Assembly (NCBI GenBank): GCA_964019335.1
Contig: OZ025707.1
Coordinates: 248,001 to 312,000, forward strand
DNA from: Diplonema japonicum
Taxonomy: Eukaryota; Protista; Euglenozoa: Diplonemea
Reading direction: 5' to 3'
DNA length: 64,000 nucleotides
Shown here: piece after piece, positions 24,046-34,933 of the stretch
Position numbering within the stretch: position 1 is the first letter of the stretch
How the letters are laid out: each line of letters opens with the position of its first letter
Program-made: the position numbers and the translations under genes
Notes under the pieces: model-generated
Told to the model about the DNA's origin: nothing
What the model saw: only the letters and a program-made list of their open reading frames with translations
The model's database searches: none

Positions 24046-27000
24046 TTGTCGGCAGGGATGAGTGGAGGAAGCGCTAGTGGCCCACCTCTGCTCGATGACG
24101 TGCTCCGGATCACATCGATCAACGTCGGGTCGCTGCACAACAAGCTCCCGCAGGTCCTCGCAACACAAGATGAAATCGTATGCCTGCAGGAGACCAAGCT
24201 CACTGAACACGGTCAGCACCAGCTATCGCAGGCGATCGATGAGGGCGGGTATCACCCCCTATGGGGCCGCGCTCAGGAAGGCATGCCAGACAGAGCAGGG
24301 GTACTCAATCCGAATCTTGGGCAAAGGGGAGGCGTCGCGGTGCTGACAAAGAAAGGCAGACCTGCCATCGTAGCTCCTGCGTCGGGGATCACTGTGCAAC
24401 CGAACAGGTGGCTGCACACCATGATAAACGTGGATGGCCGCGATCTATGGGTCCACGTCATCACGGTGTATTGCAGTGCCGGTTACTACGGGAAGGATGA
24501 CAGGGAGCGACTCCTGCACGCGCTGCTCGTTGACCTGAGGGCTAGGCTTGGGGAGGTGCCGATCCTGATCTTGGGGGATTTGAACACGGACGTTTCCGGG
24601 TCGGCGACGCTGAGGCACGCAGTGGAAAACGACTGGGTCGATGTCGGAGCACTTCAGGCCGAGAAGGACGGAAGGAGACCTGACCACACCTTTGAGCGAC
24701 CCGGGACGGAGACTAAGACGCGGATAGACTTTGTCCTAGCCAACGCAGTGGCTGCCGGGGCGCTGAAACGCTTCTGGACGCACAAGAGGGTAAGGACTGG
24801 GGAGCATCTGTGCCTTTCTGTTGAGCTCTTCACACCGACGCTCAAGAAACGGACAAAGCGGTTTTTCCTCCCGAGGGAACTACCGGTGGGAGCGGTAACG
24901 CCTGACACTGAGCTTGACCAAGAGCTTGCTGACGACGACGTGCTCCGTCATGCTGCCGACAACAGGGACGTGGGAGGCCTCTACACCGTGCTGAGCTGCG
25001 CAACCGAGCGGTACATGCTGTCCGCCGCCGGGGTGACGAATGTGAAGCCGTTCGTAGGCAGGGGGGAACCACGGGAGCTGTCGGAGAAGATGGTGGCGGC
25101 GAAGTCGACTGGGACGTCAGGAGGGGCGGCCGCGCGGGACCAGACGATGCACGGCAACCTGAAGAGGAAGATTCAGGCTCTCAGGATCGGGCTGAACGAG
25201 GCGCTGCTGCGGGGTGGACCAGGAACGCTGCCGGCGATGCTGCATGGGACGTGGAAGAACATCGTGAAGCTGGCCGGGAAGATGCGCCTCGGGGTCGTGC
25301 TGGACGAAGATCTCCTACGGGGACCCAGCCTGGAAGCCGCGCTGGTGGGACTGCAGGAGCTGGAGGCTGCAGCGGACCAGGGTGACATGGAAACGGTGAA
25401 GCAGCAGCGTCTGGAGAACGAGGCAAGATACAGGAAGCGGGTGGCGGCTGATTTCCGTGACGACAGACGGCGTATCGTGGCGTACGTCAAGGGGAACAAG
25501 GAAGCCCACACACTGGCAGTTGCGAAAGAGGACAGTAGGTTGACGGTAGATCTGGAGGAGATCGACGCACTGATGAGGGGGGCGTGGGCCTCTGTCTTCC
25601 ACCTGTACCCGAACAAGAGCGACCGGCCCTCCTACGCTGCCTTCAAGGAGAGGTATGGCAAGTATGTCGACGGGCACCCCATGGAACTGGAACCGATCAC
25701 GGGTGGCGACCTCAGGGAGGTGCTGAACAGTAGGCCGGCGAGAGGAACCCCGGGTGTGGACGGCTGGAGGATCGCGGAGCTGAAGGCTATACCTGACGCG
25801 CTGCTGGAGAGGTGGGCGCAGCTCTTCAACATCATCGAGGAGACCGGCGAATGGCCGGAGGCGCTACTGACGGCACTCGTCTCCCTGATACCCAAGGGTG
25901 AGGACAGATCCCCGCTGAACCATCGGCCGATCACGGTCACCAGCGCTGTGTACAGGCTGTGGGCGACGACGAGGATGAGGCGCATCTTGGTCTGGCAGGA
26001 GTCGTGGGCGCACACGTCACAGCACGGTTTCAGGTCGAGGAGAGGGACGGACACGCTGCTGCTGGAGCTGACGACGCAACTCGAGGAAGCCCTGCTGTCG
26101 GGCACACCGATGCACGGTCTCGCACTGGACTTTGTCAAGTGCTTCGACCGCATCCCGCGGGAGGTGGCACTTGGACTGATGGGGGACCTGGGGCTACATC
26201 AGAACATACTGCGGCCGCTGACGACGATGTACGAGTCCCTCAGGCGGAGGTTCAAGTACCCGACAGGGGTGGGTGACGAGTTCGCCACATCGAACGGCAT
26301 CTTGCAGGGGTGCCCGATCTCGGTGGTGATGGTGAACGCGCTGGTGGGGGTGATGGTGAGGGCGATCATGGCGGAGGTGCCCGGGGCAGATTCCCTGTCG
26401 TACGCAGATGACGTGTACCTGATTGCAGCTCTGCTCAGCGCACTGGAGAAGGCGGCAGCGGGGGTAGGTGAATTCTCTCTGCTAACGGGGATGAGTCTCA
26501 ACCTCAAGAAGACGGACATGTTCTCCACAGAAGGGTCCGGGTCGGTGAAGTGTGGGCGGGAAGTGCTTGCAGCCAAGACGGAGATCAGCGCCCTGGGCAT
26601 CAAGGTTTGCATGGACGGCGAGCACAGGGCCAAGCCCCTTGTGGGAATGGAGCGGGCGTGCGGAAGGCTGGCTGCCATGCCGTTGGGATTCTCACAGAAG
26701 GCAAGGATCATCTCCAGCTCCATCCTCCCCTCTTGCCTCTACGGTGTTGCGTATGCCCCCCCCTCGAAAGTGGATGCAGGCACAATCCGGTCGAGAGTAG
26801 CGACATGCCTCTGGGGACCGAAGTTCAAGATGCGCTCACCGTGTGCTGTAGCGAACATCTTGCTGCCGGGGCACACGACGGACCCGCTGGTGGTGACGCT
26901 TTATCGACTGTTGTGCACGGTGGTGAAGGTTGGTAGGTCGGATGCAGAGCTGTGGGACCGGATGGGAAGGTGTGCCGCCCTGTACCTGCAGAGCGACGTG

Positions 27001-28170
27001 GAGGCCCAGGGACCAGTGGGAACCCTAGTGAGACGATGGCTGCCGGCGGTCGGGAAGAGCTGGAGTTTTGTGGAAGGGCTGCGTACCACGACCGAGCGGG
27101 AACGCAAACACGAGATCCGCCGAGTGGCACGGGCCATGACAGCAGCGGAACAAGCAGAAGGGAGGACCTCCTACAGCGGCATGCCAGAGGGGGCCGACCC
27201 GGTCACGAACGGGTGGTGGAGGGCGCTCGCGAACAACCCGATGGCGGCGTACAGGTTGAGGAGGCTGATTGCTGGGGCGGTGTTTGCGGTGTACCCTGCG
27301 GTGCGGGGAGTGGCGGAGGGGCCGGACAACCCGCTGCAGCACCTCTGTGACGTGTGTGGGGAGCGTTACGGCAGCTACACCGAGGTGCTGGAGCACGCCC
27401 TCTGGCGATGCGAACTCGGAGATGCGGTGCGGGGCAAGGCAGAGTATGCGAGTCTCGACCCAGCGACCATGCCGAACGCGACGACGCTCCACGGGATAGT
27501 GCCCAGGGGATGCCAGGACAAGCCGAGGGCCCTGTTGGTGCAAAGGTACCTGCTGGAGGTGGTCACACTGAGGGATACGGCGGTGGAAGCGAACCGCGCA
27601 TTGCAGACGCAGACATACCCGTGGCGGGTGGTCGTGACGGGAAGGGCACACCCGACGCCGACGGTGGCCGAATTACGTGGGCTGGGAGCATCGGGGAAGG
27701 TGATGGACAGGCTGCTGGGGCCGGTGCTGAGGTGGCTGAGTGGCTTGCTGTGGGATGACGCCCCTGGACGGCACACGACGGTTACGACGCTGGAGCTTGC
27801 CCTCGACTTCGAGCGGGAGACGGAGCTGCCGCTAGACGACGGCGGGGAAGTGGGCAAGGTGGAGGACCTGGGCGTCAAGGCAAGGAGGCTGAGGTATGTG
27901 CTGAGACGTGTCCAGGACCTGTACCACGCTGATGGCAGAAGGACGGCGTTCCCAGCAGCGCGAGTGGATCGCGTCAACTCCCTGCGCTGTATAGGAGGAC
28001 CGACCACACACGGGTATGACAGGAGGCCAGTACTCCCGGAGCGAACCATGAGCAGCATCGAAGGCTTGCGTGACACGTACCTGTCGCAGACCCCGACAAG
28101 GCTGCCCCGCAGTTTTACCACCGCAGTAGGAACCCGCCAGAGCCCCCAGAACGGGGACAACGGGGACTAA
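24037..28170 (+). CDS. LINE ORF2: AP-like endonuclease + reverse transcriptase + C-terminal Zn knuckle (first ATG at 24058)
   Basis: SINVGS, CLQETK, LGDLN, TRIDFV, GEH (APE); PGVDG, RPIT, QHGFR, LDFVKCFD, GILQGCPIS, YADD (RT); CDVC..HALWRC. Confidence 0.92.
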   Translation, partial: QLQLSAGMSGGSASGPPLLDDVLRITSINVGSLHNKLPQVLATQDEIVCLQETKLTEHGQHQLSQAIDEGGYHPLWGRAQEGMPDRAGVLNPNLGQRGGVAVLTKKGRPAIVAPASGITVQPNRWLHTMINVDGRDLWVHVITVYCSAGYYGKDDRERLLHALLVDLRARLGEVPILILGDLNTDVSGSATLRHAVENDWVDVGALQAEKDGRRPDHTFERPGTETKTRIDFVLANAVAAGALKRFWTHKRVRTGEHLCLSVELFTPTLKKRTKRFFLPRELPVGAVTPDTELDQELADDDVLRHAADNRDVGGLYTVLSCATERYMLSAAGVTNVKPFVGRGEPRELSEKMVAAKSTGTSGGAAARDQTMHGNLKRKIQALRIGLNEALLRGGPGTLPAMLHGTWKNIVKLAGKMRLGVVLDEDLLRGPSLEAALVGLQELEAAADQGDMETVKQQRLENEARYRKRVAADFRDDRRRIVAYVKGNKEAHTLAVAKEDSRLTVDLEEIDALMRGAWASVFHLYPNKSDRPSYAAFKERYGKYVDGHPMELEPITGGDLREVLNSRPARGTPGVDGWRIAELKAIPDALLERWAQLFNIIEETGEWPEALLTALVSLIPKGEDRSPLNHRPITVTSAVYRLWATTRMRRILVWQESWAHTSQHGFRSRRGTDTLLLELTTQLEEALLSGTPMHGLALDFVKCFDRIPREVALGLMGDLGLHQNILRPLTTMYESLRRRFKYPTGVGDEFATSNGILQGCPISVVMVNALVGVMVRAIMAEVPGADSLSYADDVYLIAALLSALEKAAAGVGEFSLLTGMSLNLKKTDMFSTEGSGSVKCGREVLAAKTEISALGIKVCMDGEHRAKPLVGMERACGRLAAMPLGFSQKARIISSSILPSCLYGVAYAPPSKVDAGTIRSRVATCLWGPKFKMRSPCAVANILLPGHTTDPLVVTLYRLLCTVVKVGRSDAELWDRMGRCAALYLQSDVEAQGPVGTLVRRWLPAVGKSWSFVEGLRTTTERERKHEIRRVARAMTAAEQAEGRTSYSGMPEGADPVTNGWWRALANNPMAAYRLRRLIAGAVFAVYPAVRGVAEGPDNPLQHLCDVCGERYGSYTEVLEHALWRCELGDAVRGKAEYASLDPATMPNATTLHGIVPRGCQDKPRALLVQRYLLEVVTLRDTAVEANRALQTQTYPWRVVVTGRAHPTPTVAELRGLGASGKVMDRLLGPVLRWLSGLLWDDAPGRHTTVTTLELALDFERETELPLDDGGEVGKVEDLGVKARRLRYVLRRVQDLYHADGRRTAFPAARVDRVNSLRCIGGPTTHGYDRRPVLPERTMSSIEGLRDTYLSQTPTRLPRSFTTAVGTRQSPQNGDNGD

Positions 28171-28255
28171 GAACAGCGCGGCCGGTGAGCGCAAAAACGC
28201 ATACCTTAAAAGAATAGTTTTTTATCTGATAGTTCAGAAATTTCTTCACTCCTAA

Positions 28256-28375
28256 CCCCCCCTATAATCTGATTACCCCCCTCTCATAATTTGATAATCC
28301 GGGCTATAATTTGATAGCTCAATTATGGGCAGGACTTTGGTGTTTATGGCCCGTGACTGCCAAATTATAGGGGGG
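28256..28375. repeat. Short inverted-repeat (MITE-like) element
   Basis: ccccctataatctg at the left pairs with caaattataggggg at the right; internal ataatttgata repeats. Confidence 0.35.
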
Positions 28376-28423
28376 AATGTGACATTATTGGGGGCAGAGT
28401 GAAATTCTTGGGCTCAAGATCAT

Positions 28424-28457
<34 letters not shown>

Positions 28458-29025
28458 ATCAAATGCCGAAAACGAAGAAGGAAGAGAGTCTTCTACACAT
28501 TACCTGAAAACATGGGCTGACTTTCAGCTGCTTTGCACCAAAAAGCAGAAACTGGCCATGGACAAGTTGCTGTCTCCAGTAAAAAAAAAAAAAAACTTTC
28601 TCATAGTTATCGATGTCGTTTCCTCCCTTCCCGACCGGGGAGCCAGATGGTGGGGATAATATGAACTTAAGAATTGCATTAACTTAAGAAAAACATCAGA
28701 TGTGTTGTTCGCTGTTGACCTCGTCGGTCATCACCGGTAGCGCCCGAGTAAACATCGTGACGAACACGCGCCGAATCTTGGTTACCCGGGACGCCCCGGC
28801 TGGGGTTAAGCTGTACCGCACGCATTAAGGACACGACGCGGAACGCAGAAGAAGCTACAACTCGGCCGCGGTGCGCCCCCTGTAATCAAGTAGACAATTC
28901 TTGTGCAGGGCGTCGCCAACACCCTTTTAACTTTTATAAAAATATTTTTCTATAATACATAATCTCGTTTTCCGAGTTCCAATCCCCAACACAGTCTACC
29001 TAAACAACAACAACAACAACAAAAT

Positions 29026-32000
29026 ATGGATCCGTCGGTACTTCAGAAGTACGAGCAAGGGGAGTACCTCGGGTCCGGCGGACAGGGGTCGGTGTACAAG
29101 GCAGTGAGGAGGGTGGATGGAGATATCTTTGCGATGAAGGTGTTGAAGGCACACACTGAAGAGGAGCACAGGAAGAACATGGAGGAGGTGCTGCACATGC
29201 TGATGCTGCAACACAAGAACCTGGTCCCCTGCCTTGACTTCTTCGAGACGACAAAGCAGCTGGCAAAGGAATCCCTGGCCAAGGTGTGGCAGCTTCACAT
29301 CGTGATGCCCCTGTACGGAAAAGGGGACCTCTACTCATTCGTCAAAAAGGGGGGACCCCTCCCTCCGGAGTGGGCATACAGGCTCTTAAGCGAGATGGGA
29401 GGGGTCCTTCAGTACATTCACGACAAGGGCTTCATCCACAGGGACGTGAAACCCCAACACATCATGGTGTCGGGGAGGGGACCTCTTTCTGCGGCCAGTG
29501 TTGTTGGTGGCGGTGGGGGGGAGGCAGAGTTCATACTTGCTGACCTGGGACTGTCGAAGGAGGTGTCCCCCGGTGGGGTAGCGAATTCCATAGCAGGCAC
29601 ACCCGCTTACATGGCACCTGACTACTTTAACGACTGCTCACCCGGCTACACCAACAAAGTAGACATGTGGGCCCTCGGGGTGACTGTGTGTCACGTGGTG
29701 CTCCAAGCAGACCTGAGGGATCTCTTTCTGAAGTACCTGCAACATAACCGGGAGCTTGTAATGGAAAACTTTCAAACCCACCTCCCCCCTGCCCTCTGGG
29801 AAATTGTGTTCCGCCTCTTCTCCACCGACCCTTTGAAACGCCCCAGTGCACTGGAGATGCTGCAGATGGTTCCTCAGAATCCGACTGGTATAGTGGGGGG
29901 AATTGTTCTTCTTGCTGTTGGGAGTGTTGGTGGAGAAGAACGGAAAATGAAGCTCTGCGTGGCTGTGGGAGCAGGAGCGGAGGAGGTTCGTGTGGCGGCA
30001 GCAAAGGCCTTCTCTTCTGGTGGGCAGGAACTCCTCAGGGTTCGCAGGTTGGAGGTCTTCGACAAGGACTTCGAGGAGTTCGTGGAGCAGGACGACGGGG
30101 ACATCGTGTTCGAGGACAAAGGACGGGTCCGTGTCGTGTTTGAAGTACCGCTCCCAAGCACCACCTCTTCAACCACCAGTGTCGGCAGCGACATTTACCC
30201 ACCTGCTGCGAACAACACCACCCTCACAAAAGAGGAGGGGAGGCTTGCCTTCGTCAGCGCTGTTTCAAAAGGGGACCTTGAGGAGATGAGGGAACTTGTT
30301 CTAAAACGGGGTGTTGACCCTGGTGCAACGGACAGCGATGGTTTCACAGCCCTTCACTATGCAGCTCGCGAAAAAATCCGTATCGAGGCTGAGGTTCTCG
30401 TCTGTTCTTACAACCTGAACCCTGGTGTCAGAAGCAACGATGGTTGGACACCGGTTCATTCTGCAGCTTTCAACGGACGGCTCGAGACAGTTAAATATTT
30501 TGTTGAAACCCTCGGTCAAGACGCAGGTGTGAAAAGCAACGATGGTTGGACACCGGTTCATCAAGCAGCAGAGAACGGCCATCTCGAGACTGTTACATAT
30601 CTTGTCGAAACTCGCGGTCAAGACGCAGGTGTCAAAAACAACGACGGTAGGACACCGCTTGATCTAGCAGTACAGAACGGCCACCTCGCGATAGTTAAAT
30701 ATATTGTTGAAACTCTCGGTCAGGACGCAGGTGTCAGATGCAACGACGGTTTTACACCGATTCATGCTGCAGCAGAGTACGGCCAGCTCGAGACACTTAA
30801 ATATCTTGTTGAAACTCTCGGTCACAACGCGGGTGTGAAAAGCAACGACGATTGGACACCGGTTCATGCTGCTGCACAGAACGGACACCTCGTGACAATT
30901 ATGTATCTTGTCGAAACTCGTGGTCACGACGCAGGTGTCAAAAACAACGACGGTAGGACACCAATTCATCAGGCTTCATTAAACGGCCACCTCGAGACTG
31001 TTAAGTATCTTGCTGAAACTCGTGGTCACGATATAAGTGTCAAAAGCAACAATGGTTGGACACCGGTTCATGCTGCAGCAGAGAACGGCCACCTTGAGAC
31101 ATTTAAATATCTTGTTGAAACTCGCAGCCACGACGCAGGTGTCAAATGCAACGACGGTTTGACACCGATTCATGCTGCAGCAGAGTACGGCCACTTGGCG
31201 ACAGTTAAATATCTTGTCGAAACTCTCAGTCAGGACGCAGGTATTAGAAGCAACGACGGTTGGACACCGATTCATGCTGCAGCAGAGAACGGCCACCTCG
31301 AGACAGTTAAATATCTTGTAGAAACTCTCGGTCAGGACGCAAGTGTGAAATGTAACGACGGTTGGACACCGGTTCATGCTGCAGCAGAGAACGGCCACCT
31401 CGAGACAATTATGTATCTTGCAACTTGCGGTCAGGACGCAAGTGTCAAATGCAGTAACGGTTTGACAACGGTTCATGCTGCAGTACAGAACGGCCACCTC
31501 GAAACAGTTAAATATCTTGTTGAAACTCTCGGTCAGGACGCAGGTGTGAAATGTAACGACGGTTGGACACCTATTCATCAGGCTGCATTAAACGACGATC
31601 TCGAGGTAGTTAAGTATCTTGCTGAAACTCTCGGTCAAAACGCAGGTGTCAAAAGCAACGACGGTTGGACACCGATACATCAGGCCGCATTCAACGGCCA
31701 CCTCGAGACAGTTAAATATCTCGTTGAAACCAGCGGTCAAGCCCCAGGTGTCAAAAGCTGCTGCGGTCAGACACCGGTTCGCATAGCAGCCGAGAATGGC
31801 CACCTCGAGACGGTTAAATACCTTGTTGAATCTCGCGGTCAAGCTGCAGGCGTGAAATGCGACCACGGTTTTACACCGATACATCAAGCTGCATTGAACG
31901 GCCACCTTGAGACAGTTAAATATCTCGCTGAAACTCGCGGTCAAGATGCAGGTGTGAAAAGCTGCACCGGTCGGACACCGGTTCATCAAGCAGCAGAGAA

Positions 32001-32337
32001 CGGCCACCTCGAGACACTTAAATATCTTGTTGAAACTCTCAGTCAGGAAGCAGGTGTCAAATGCCCCGACGGTTGGACACCGGTTCATGCTGCTGCACAG
32101 AACGGCCACCTGGAGACAGTTAAGTATCTTGTTGAAACTCGCGGACAAGCTCCAGGCGCGAAAAGCAGCGACGGTCGCACACCGGTTCATGTTGCAGCCG
32201 ATAATTGCCAGCTCGAGACTGTTAAATATCTAATTGAAACTCTCGGTCACGACGCAGTCAAATACAACGACGGTCGGACACCAGCGACGGACAGAAAAAA
32301 GGAAAGCCTCCAAACGAACTTTCCCCCATCCCGATAA
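29026..32337 (+). CDS. Kinase - ubiquitin-like - ankyrin protein, copy 2 (about 20 ANK; catalytic loop Asn->His)
   Basis: Paralogue of 19360 with the same 5' leader; HRDVKPQH; long array of 34-aa ankyrin units. Confidence 0.85.
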   Translation: MDPSVLQKYEQGEYLGSGGQGSVYKAVRRVDGDIFAMKVLKAHTEEEHRKNMEEVLHMLMLQHKNLVPCLDFFETTKQLAKESLAKVWQLHIVMPLYGKGDLYSFVKKGGPLPPEWAYRLLSEMGGVLQYIHDKGFIHRDVKPQHIMVSGRGPLSAASVVGGGGGEAEFILADLGLSKEVSPGGVANSIAGTPAYMAPDYFNDCSPGYTNKVDMWALGVTVCHVVLQADLRDLFLKYLQHNRELVMENFQTHLPPALWEIVFRLFSTDPLKRPSALEMLQMVPQNPTGIVGGIVLLAVGSVGGEERKMKLCVAVGAGAEEVRVAAAKAFSSGGQELLRVRRLEVFDKDFEEFVEQDDGDIVFEDKGRVRVVFEVPLPSTTSSTTSVGSDIYPPAANNTTLTKEEGRLAFVSAVSKGDLEEMRELVLKRGVDPGATDSDGFTALHYAAREKIRIEAEVLVCSYNLNPGVRSNDGWTPVHSAAFNGRLETVKYFVETLGQDAGVKSNDGWTPVHQAAENGHLETVTYLVETRGQDAGVKNNDGRTPLDLAVQNGHLAIVKYIVETLGQDAGVRCNDGFTPIHAAAEYGQLETLKYLVETLGHNAGVKSNDDWTPVHAAAQNGHLVTIMYLVETRGHDAGVKNNDGRTPIHQASLNGHLETVKYLAETRGHDISVKSNNGWTPVHAAAENGHLETFKYLVETRSHDAGVKCNDGLTPIHAAAEYGHLATVKYLVETLSQDAGIRSNDGWTPIHAAAENGHLETVKYLVETLGQDASVKCNDGWTPVHAAAENGHLETIMYLATCGQDASVKCSNGLTTVHAAVQNGHLETVKYLVETLGQDAGVKCNDGWTPIHQAALNDDLEVVKYLAETLGQNAGVKSNDGWTPIHQAAFNGHLETVKYLVETSGQAPGVKSCCGQTPVRIAAENGHLETVKYLVESRGQAAGVKCDHGFTPIHQAALNGHLETVKYLAETRGQDAGVKSCTGRTPVHQAAENGHLETLKYLVETLSQEAGVKCPDGWTPVHAAAQNGHLETVKYLVETRGQAPGAKSSDGRTPVHVAADNCQLETVKYLIETLGHDAVKYNDGRTPATDRKKESLQTNFPPSR
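30420..32290 (+). repeat. Tandem ~102-bp ankyrin-coding repeat array
   Basis: Recurring unit ggttggacaccggttcatgctgcagcagagaacggccacctcgagacagttaaatatcttgttgaaactctcggtcaagacgcaggtgt. Confidence 0.9.
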
Positions 32338-32669
32338 TAATTTGAAAAAAAAGTGTTAAGTGCCAAAAGTTCAGCAAAGCTACCAGCAATACCTCGAAGA
32401 CGCCGACAACTCAACAACAACCATCTAACCTGCCGAAGTAGCATGCAGATGAGAAGGCGGCTGAGGCACTTGTGATTTAGTCAGAATCCCCGAGACGCCA
32501 TCCCTGATCCCCAAATAGAGAGCGTACAATCCTGTTTCTCGCGGTAACAGAGAACCTACCTACCCCCCCTCCCCCCCCCCCCCACCACAGCAGCTGACCA
32601 ATCTGACGCAGCAGTGAAAAGAAAGCCCCCCCCCCCCCCCCCAAACAAACTTTCCCCCACCCCGACAAC

Positions 32670-32930
32670 GTGATTAAAAGTACACTACAACACCTCCTCC
32701 TAGAGTGCCCGGCGACCAAAGCACTACGACATCCACACGCTGGAGCACATCCTCATCAAAGACCCGCAATCAGGTTCCTCGAGGACACCGAAGAGACTAC
32801 CTACAAGCCCACCGGCAACCCCCCGACGAGCCCACCGACTAACCCCCACCGACGAGCCGTCTACCTAGCAAGCTAATCAAAAGGCAGCAGGAAGAAAACA
32901 AATCAAGTGTAAACAAATAGAAAGGAAAAA
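32670..32930 (+). mobile_element. 3'-terminal relic of a LINE (C-terminal zinc-knuckle fragment followed by an A-tail)
   Basis: STLQHLLLECPATKALR..IRFLE resembles the HxxxxC end of a LINE ORF2, followed by an A-tract. Confidence 0.45.
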
Positions 32931-33171
32931 AAAAAAAAAAGGAAAGAAAGAAAAAAATAACATAAACCCCAACAACCCTCTTCCCCCATGTGCACCAATA
33001 AAAAAAAAAAAAAAAAAAATAATTCTTCATGACTATATGTCTTTGTTGTTCGCACGAGCAAAAAAGATTTTTAAAAAGCTGCGAAAGTTTTTTTGCTCGG
33101 CACAAGTTGCATATAGTTATAAAATCATTTTTTGAAAGATAAATATTTGTATCAAAAATAATTCTTTATGA

Positions 33172-34201
33172 CTATATGTCTTTGTTGTTCGCTTCAGGAC
33201 CCTCTGGGACCGCGGAACGCGGTGCCGTAACGGCGGGGCCGTGGAGGCGTCTCTCACTACAGGAAGTGGCCTGATCTTGCCCCCGGGTGCGTAAGCCCCG
33301 CGTGAATGGGTCTGCCTTCTGCTCGTGTGTGGAAACCCACTGGACGTGGAGATTTGCCTGACGCTCCTCTACGAGAGTGTATATGTCAGCAATTATCTTA
33401 TTTCCCATGAAGCTAGATGACAGCCCCTTCCGAATCGCGTACACAGCAGGCAGGTTGTCGACCATCAGCGATACCTTGCAGCGGGACCCCCCACGGAGGG
33501 CCATGAAAGCTCCTTCCCGGGCTGCCGCTAGTTCCTTCAGGAAGATGTGACGTGCTTCCCACCGTCCGCAGAACTCTCCCTGCGTCACGACTCCCTCGGG
33601 GTACACCTGCTGTCGCCGACAACCTTCGTCGTTTCTTCAGCCTGCAGAACCTTCTCTACCCACTTCGGAGCCATCCTGTACCGCGCGGACCCAAGATCAA
33701 AAGCAAGCCCCAAAGCCTCGAACTCCTGGTTTGGCACGCCCGCACCAGCCTCGTCGAAGTGCAGGTCCACCCCGACCTTCTCGCACCTCTGCAAAAAGCA
33801 ACCGAATTCGGGTGGTCGATCTTCACTTTCCTCAGGACTCCGTAATCTCTGAGCGTCGGGAGGTGGCGAAGCATGCCCCGCGATGTGCCCCTCAAGCACC
33901 TCGGAGCCTCCATCTCTGTCAACGCCCCTTCCTTCAGCGCACCCCGGAAAGCATGTTCACAGCAGATGACATGGACGACACCGTCAAGGATCCCACGCTC
34001 GTCCAACTCTTTGAGGGCAGGGACACTGATCCTGCTTCTCGATATCGCCGCAATGTCGCCGTCTGAACCCCGCTGGGCAGGAGGCGAGACCCCGCTGGGC
34101 AGGAGGCGAGACGCCAAACAAACGCGGTTCTGCGTCATATCCAATGAAGGGGTCAGCCGACGGGAAAGTCTCGAAACCGTCCAAAGGGTCGTAGTCAGCA
34201 C
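33172..34201 (-). pseudogene. RT/RNase H with the RT core deleted
   Basis: DIRS-type RNase H: HIFLKEL, MVDN, QWVSTHEQKADPFTRG. Only the RT flanks remain (LRDYGVLRKV; EALGLAFDL) and no YxDD motif is visible. Confidence 0.7.
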
Positions 34202-34246
34202 CCTGGCTGACCTTGGCGGAACTGCGGAAAAAAGAAAAAGGGAATT

Positions 34247-34884
34247 TCACCTGAGCAAAGAAGAGGTCTTTGCAGTCGCCCTCACTGTGTGTACCTCGGC
34301 CTGGGGGAGGTACCGCATCAATGCCGTCGTCGATGAGTGACGGGAGACAGCCCGCAATTCTTCCAGCGCAGCCCCCCTGCGCATTAGCGTGTGGAGCGCG
34401 CCCCTGCGAATGGAGTGGGCCGTGAGGCCTTTCGAAGCTTTGCCCATTGCTCTGTTCACGTGGGGGTATTTCACACCTTCGAACAGGAGGTCGTCCGGCC
34501 CAGCCTCCAGCAGCGTGCGTCCGATGTAAAGTCTGGCCCTCTCCGAGACGGCCACCCCCGTCGTGATGCCCAGTCGAAAAGGGTCCGACTTGGTGTTGGA
34601 CCAGTTCACGGCGATGTGTCCCGGCAGACCGTCACGTCCTTGCACTTCAGGCGGATGACATCCGAGCACCTGGCCGCCCCATACCAGGCGAGTTCGAGGA
34701 CGGTTCGAACCTTCTCGCTCGATGTCTTGCGCATTGCCCTCCGAAGCTGTATGGGAGTAGCAGGAATCGCCTGCTTCTGTGGCCGCAAAGCCCCTTGGCG
34801 CCGGAGGCTGCGTTCGAAATCTCGGAGCGCTCTGCTCTGAACGGGGCCCTGTCCATACCTGGCTTCGGCTGCCCTGATGTTCAC
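34247..34884 (-). pseudogene. Tyrosine recombinase (frameshift near 34625)
   Basis: WYGAARCSDV (R), TKSDPF (K), TAHSIRRG (HxxR), SRH, MRYL (Y), split over two frames. Confidence 0.85.
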
Positions 34885-34933
34885 GCAGTACTGTAGCGCC
34901 GAGTGAGCGGGAGTTCGGTGACTTTCGGCCTTC

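Larger units (their letters stand above)
21650..28210 (+). mobile_element. Apparently intact non-LTR retrotransposon (APE-RT LINE) with an OTU-bearing ORF1
   Basis: GC-rich ~6.5 kb segment with two long same-frame ORFs. APE, RT and CCHC motifs are intact, and related hairpin motifs lie near both ends. Boundaries are approximate and no clear TSD was found. Confidence 0.9.

Noticed and set aside
30420-32290. Regular repeats as a CRISPR-like array
   Set aside because: They are in-frame ankyrin-coding repeats without unique spacers, in a eukaryotic gene.
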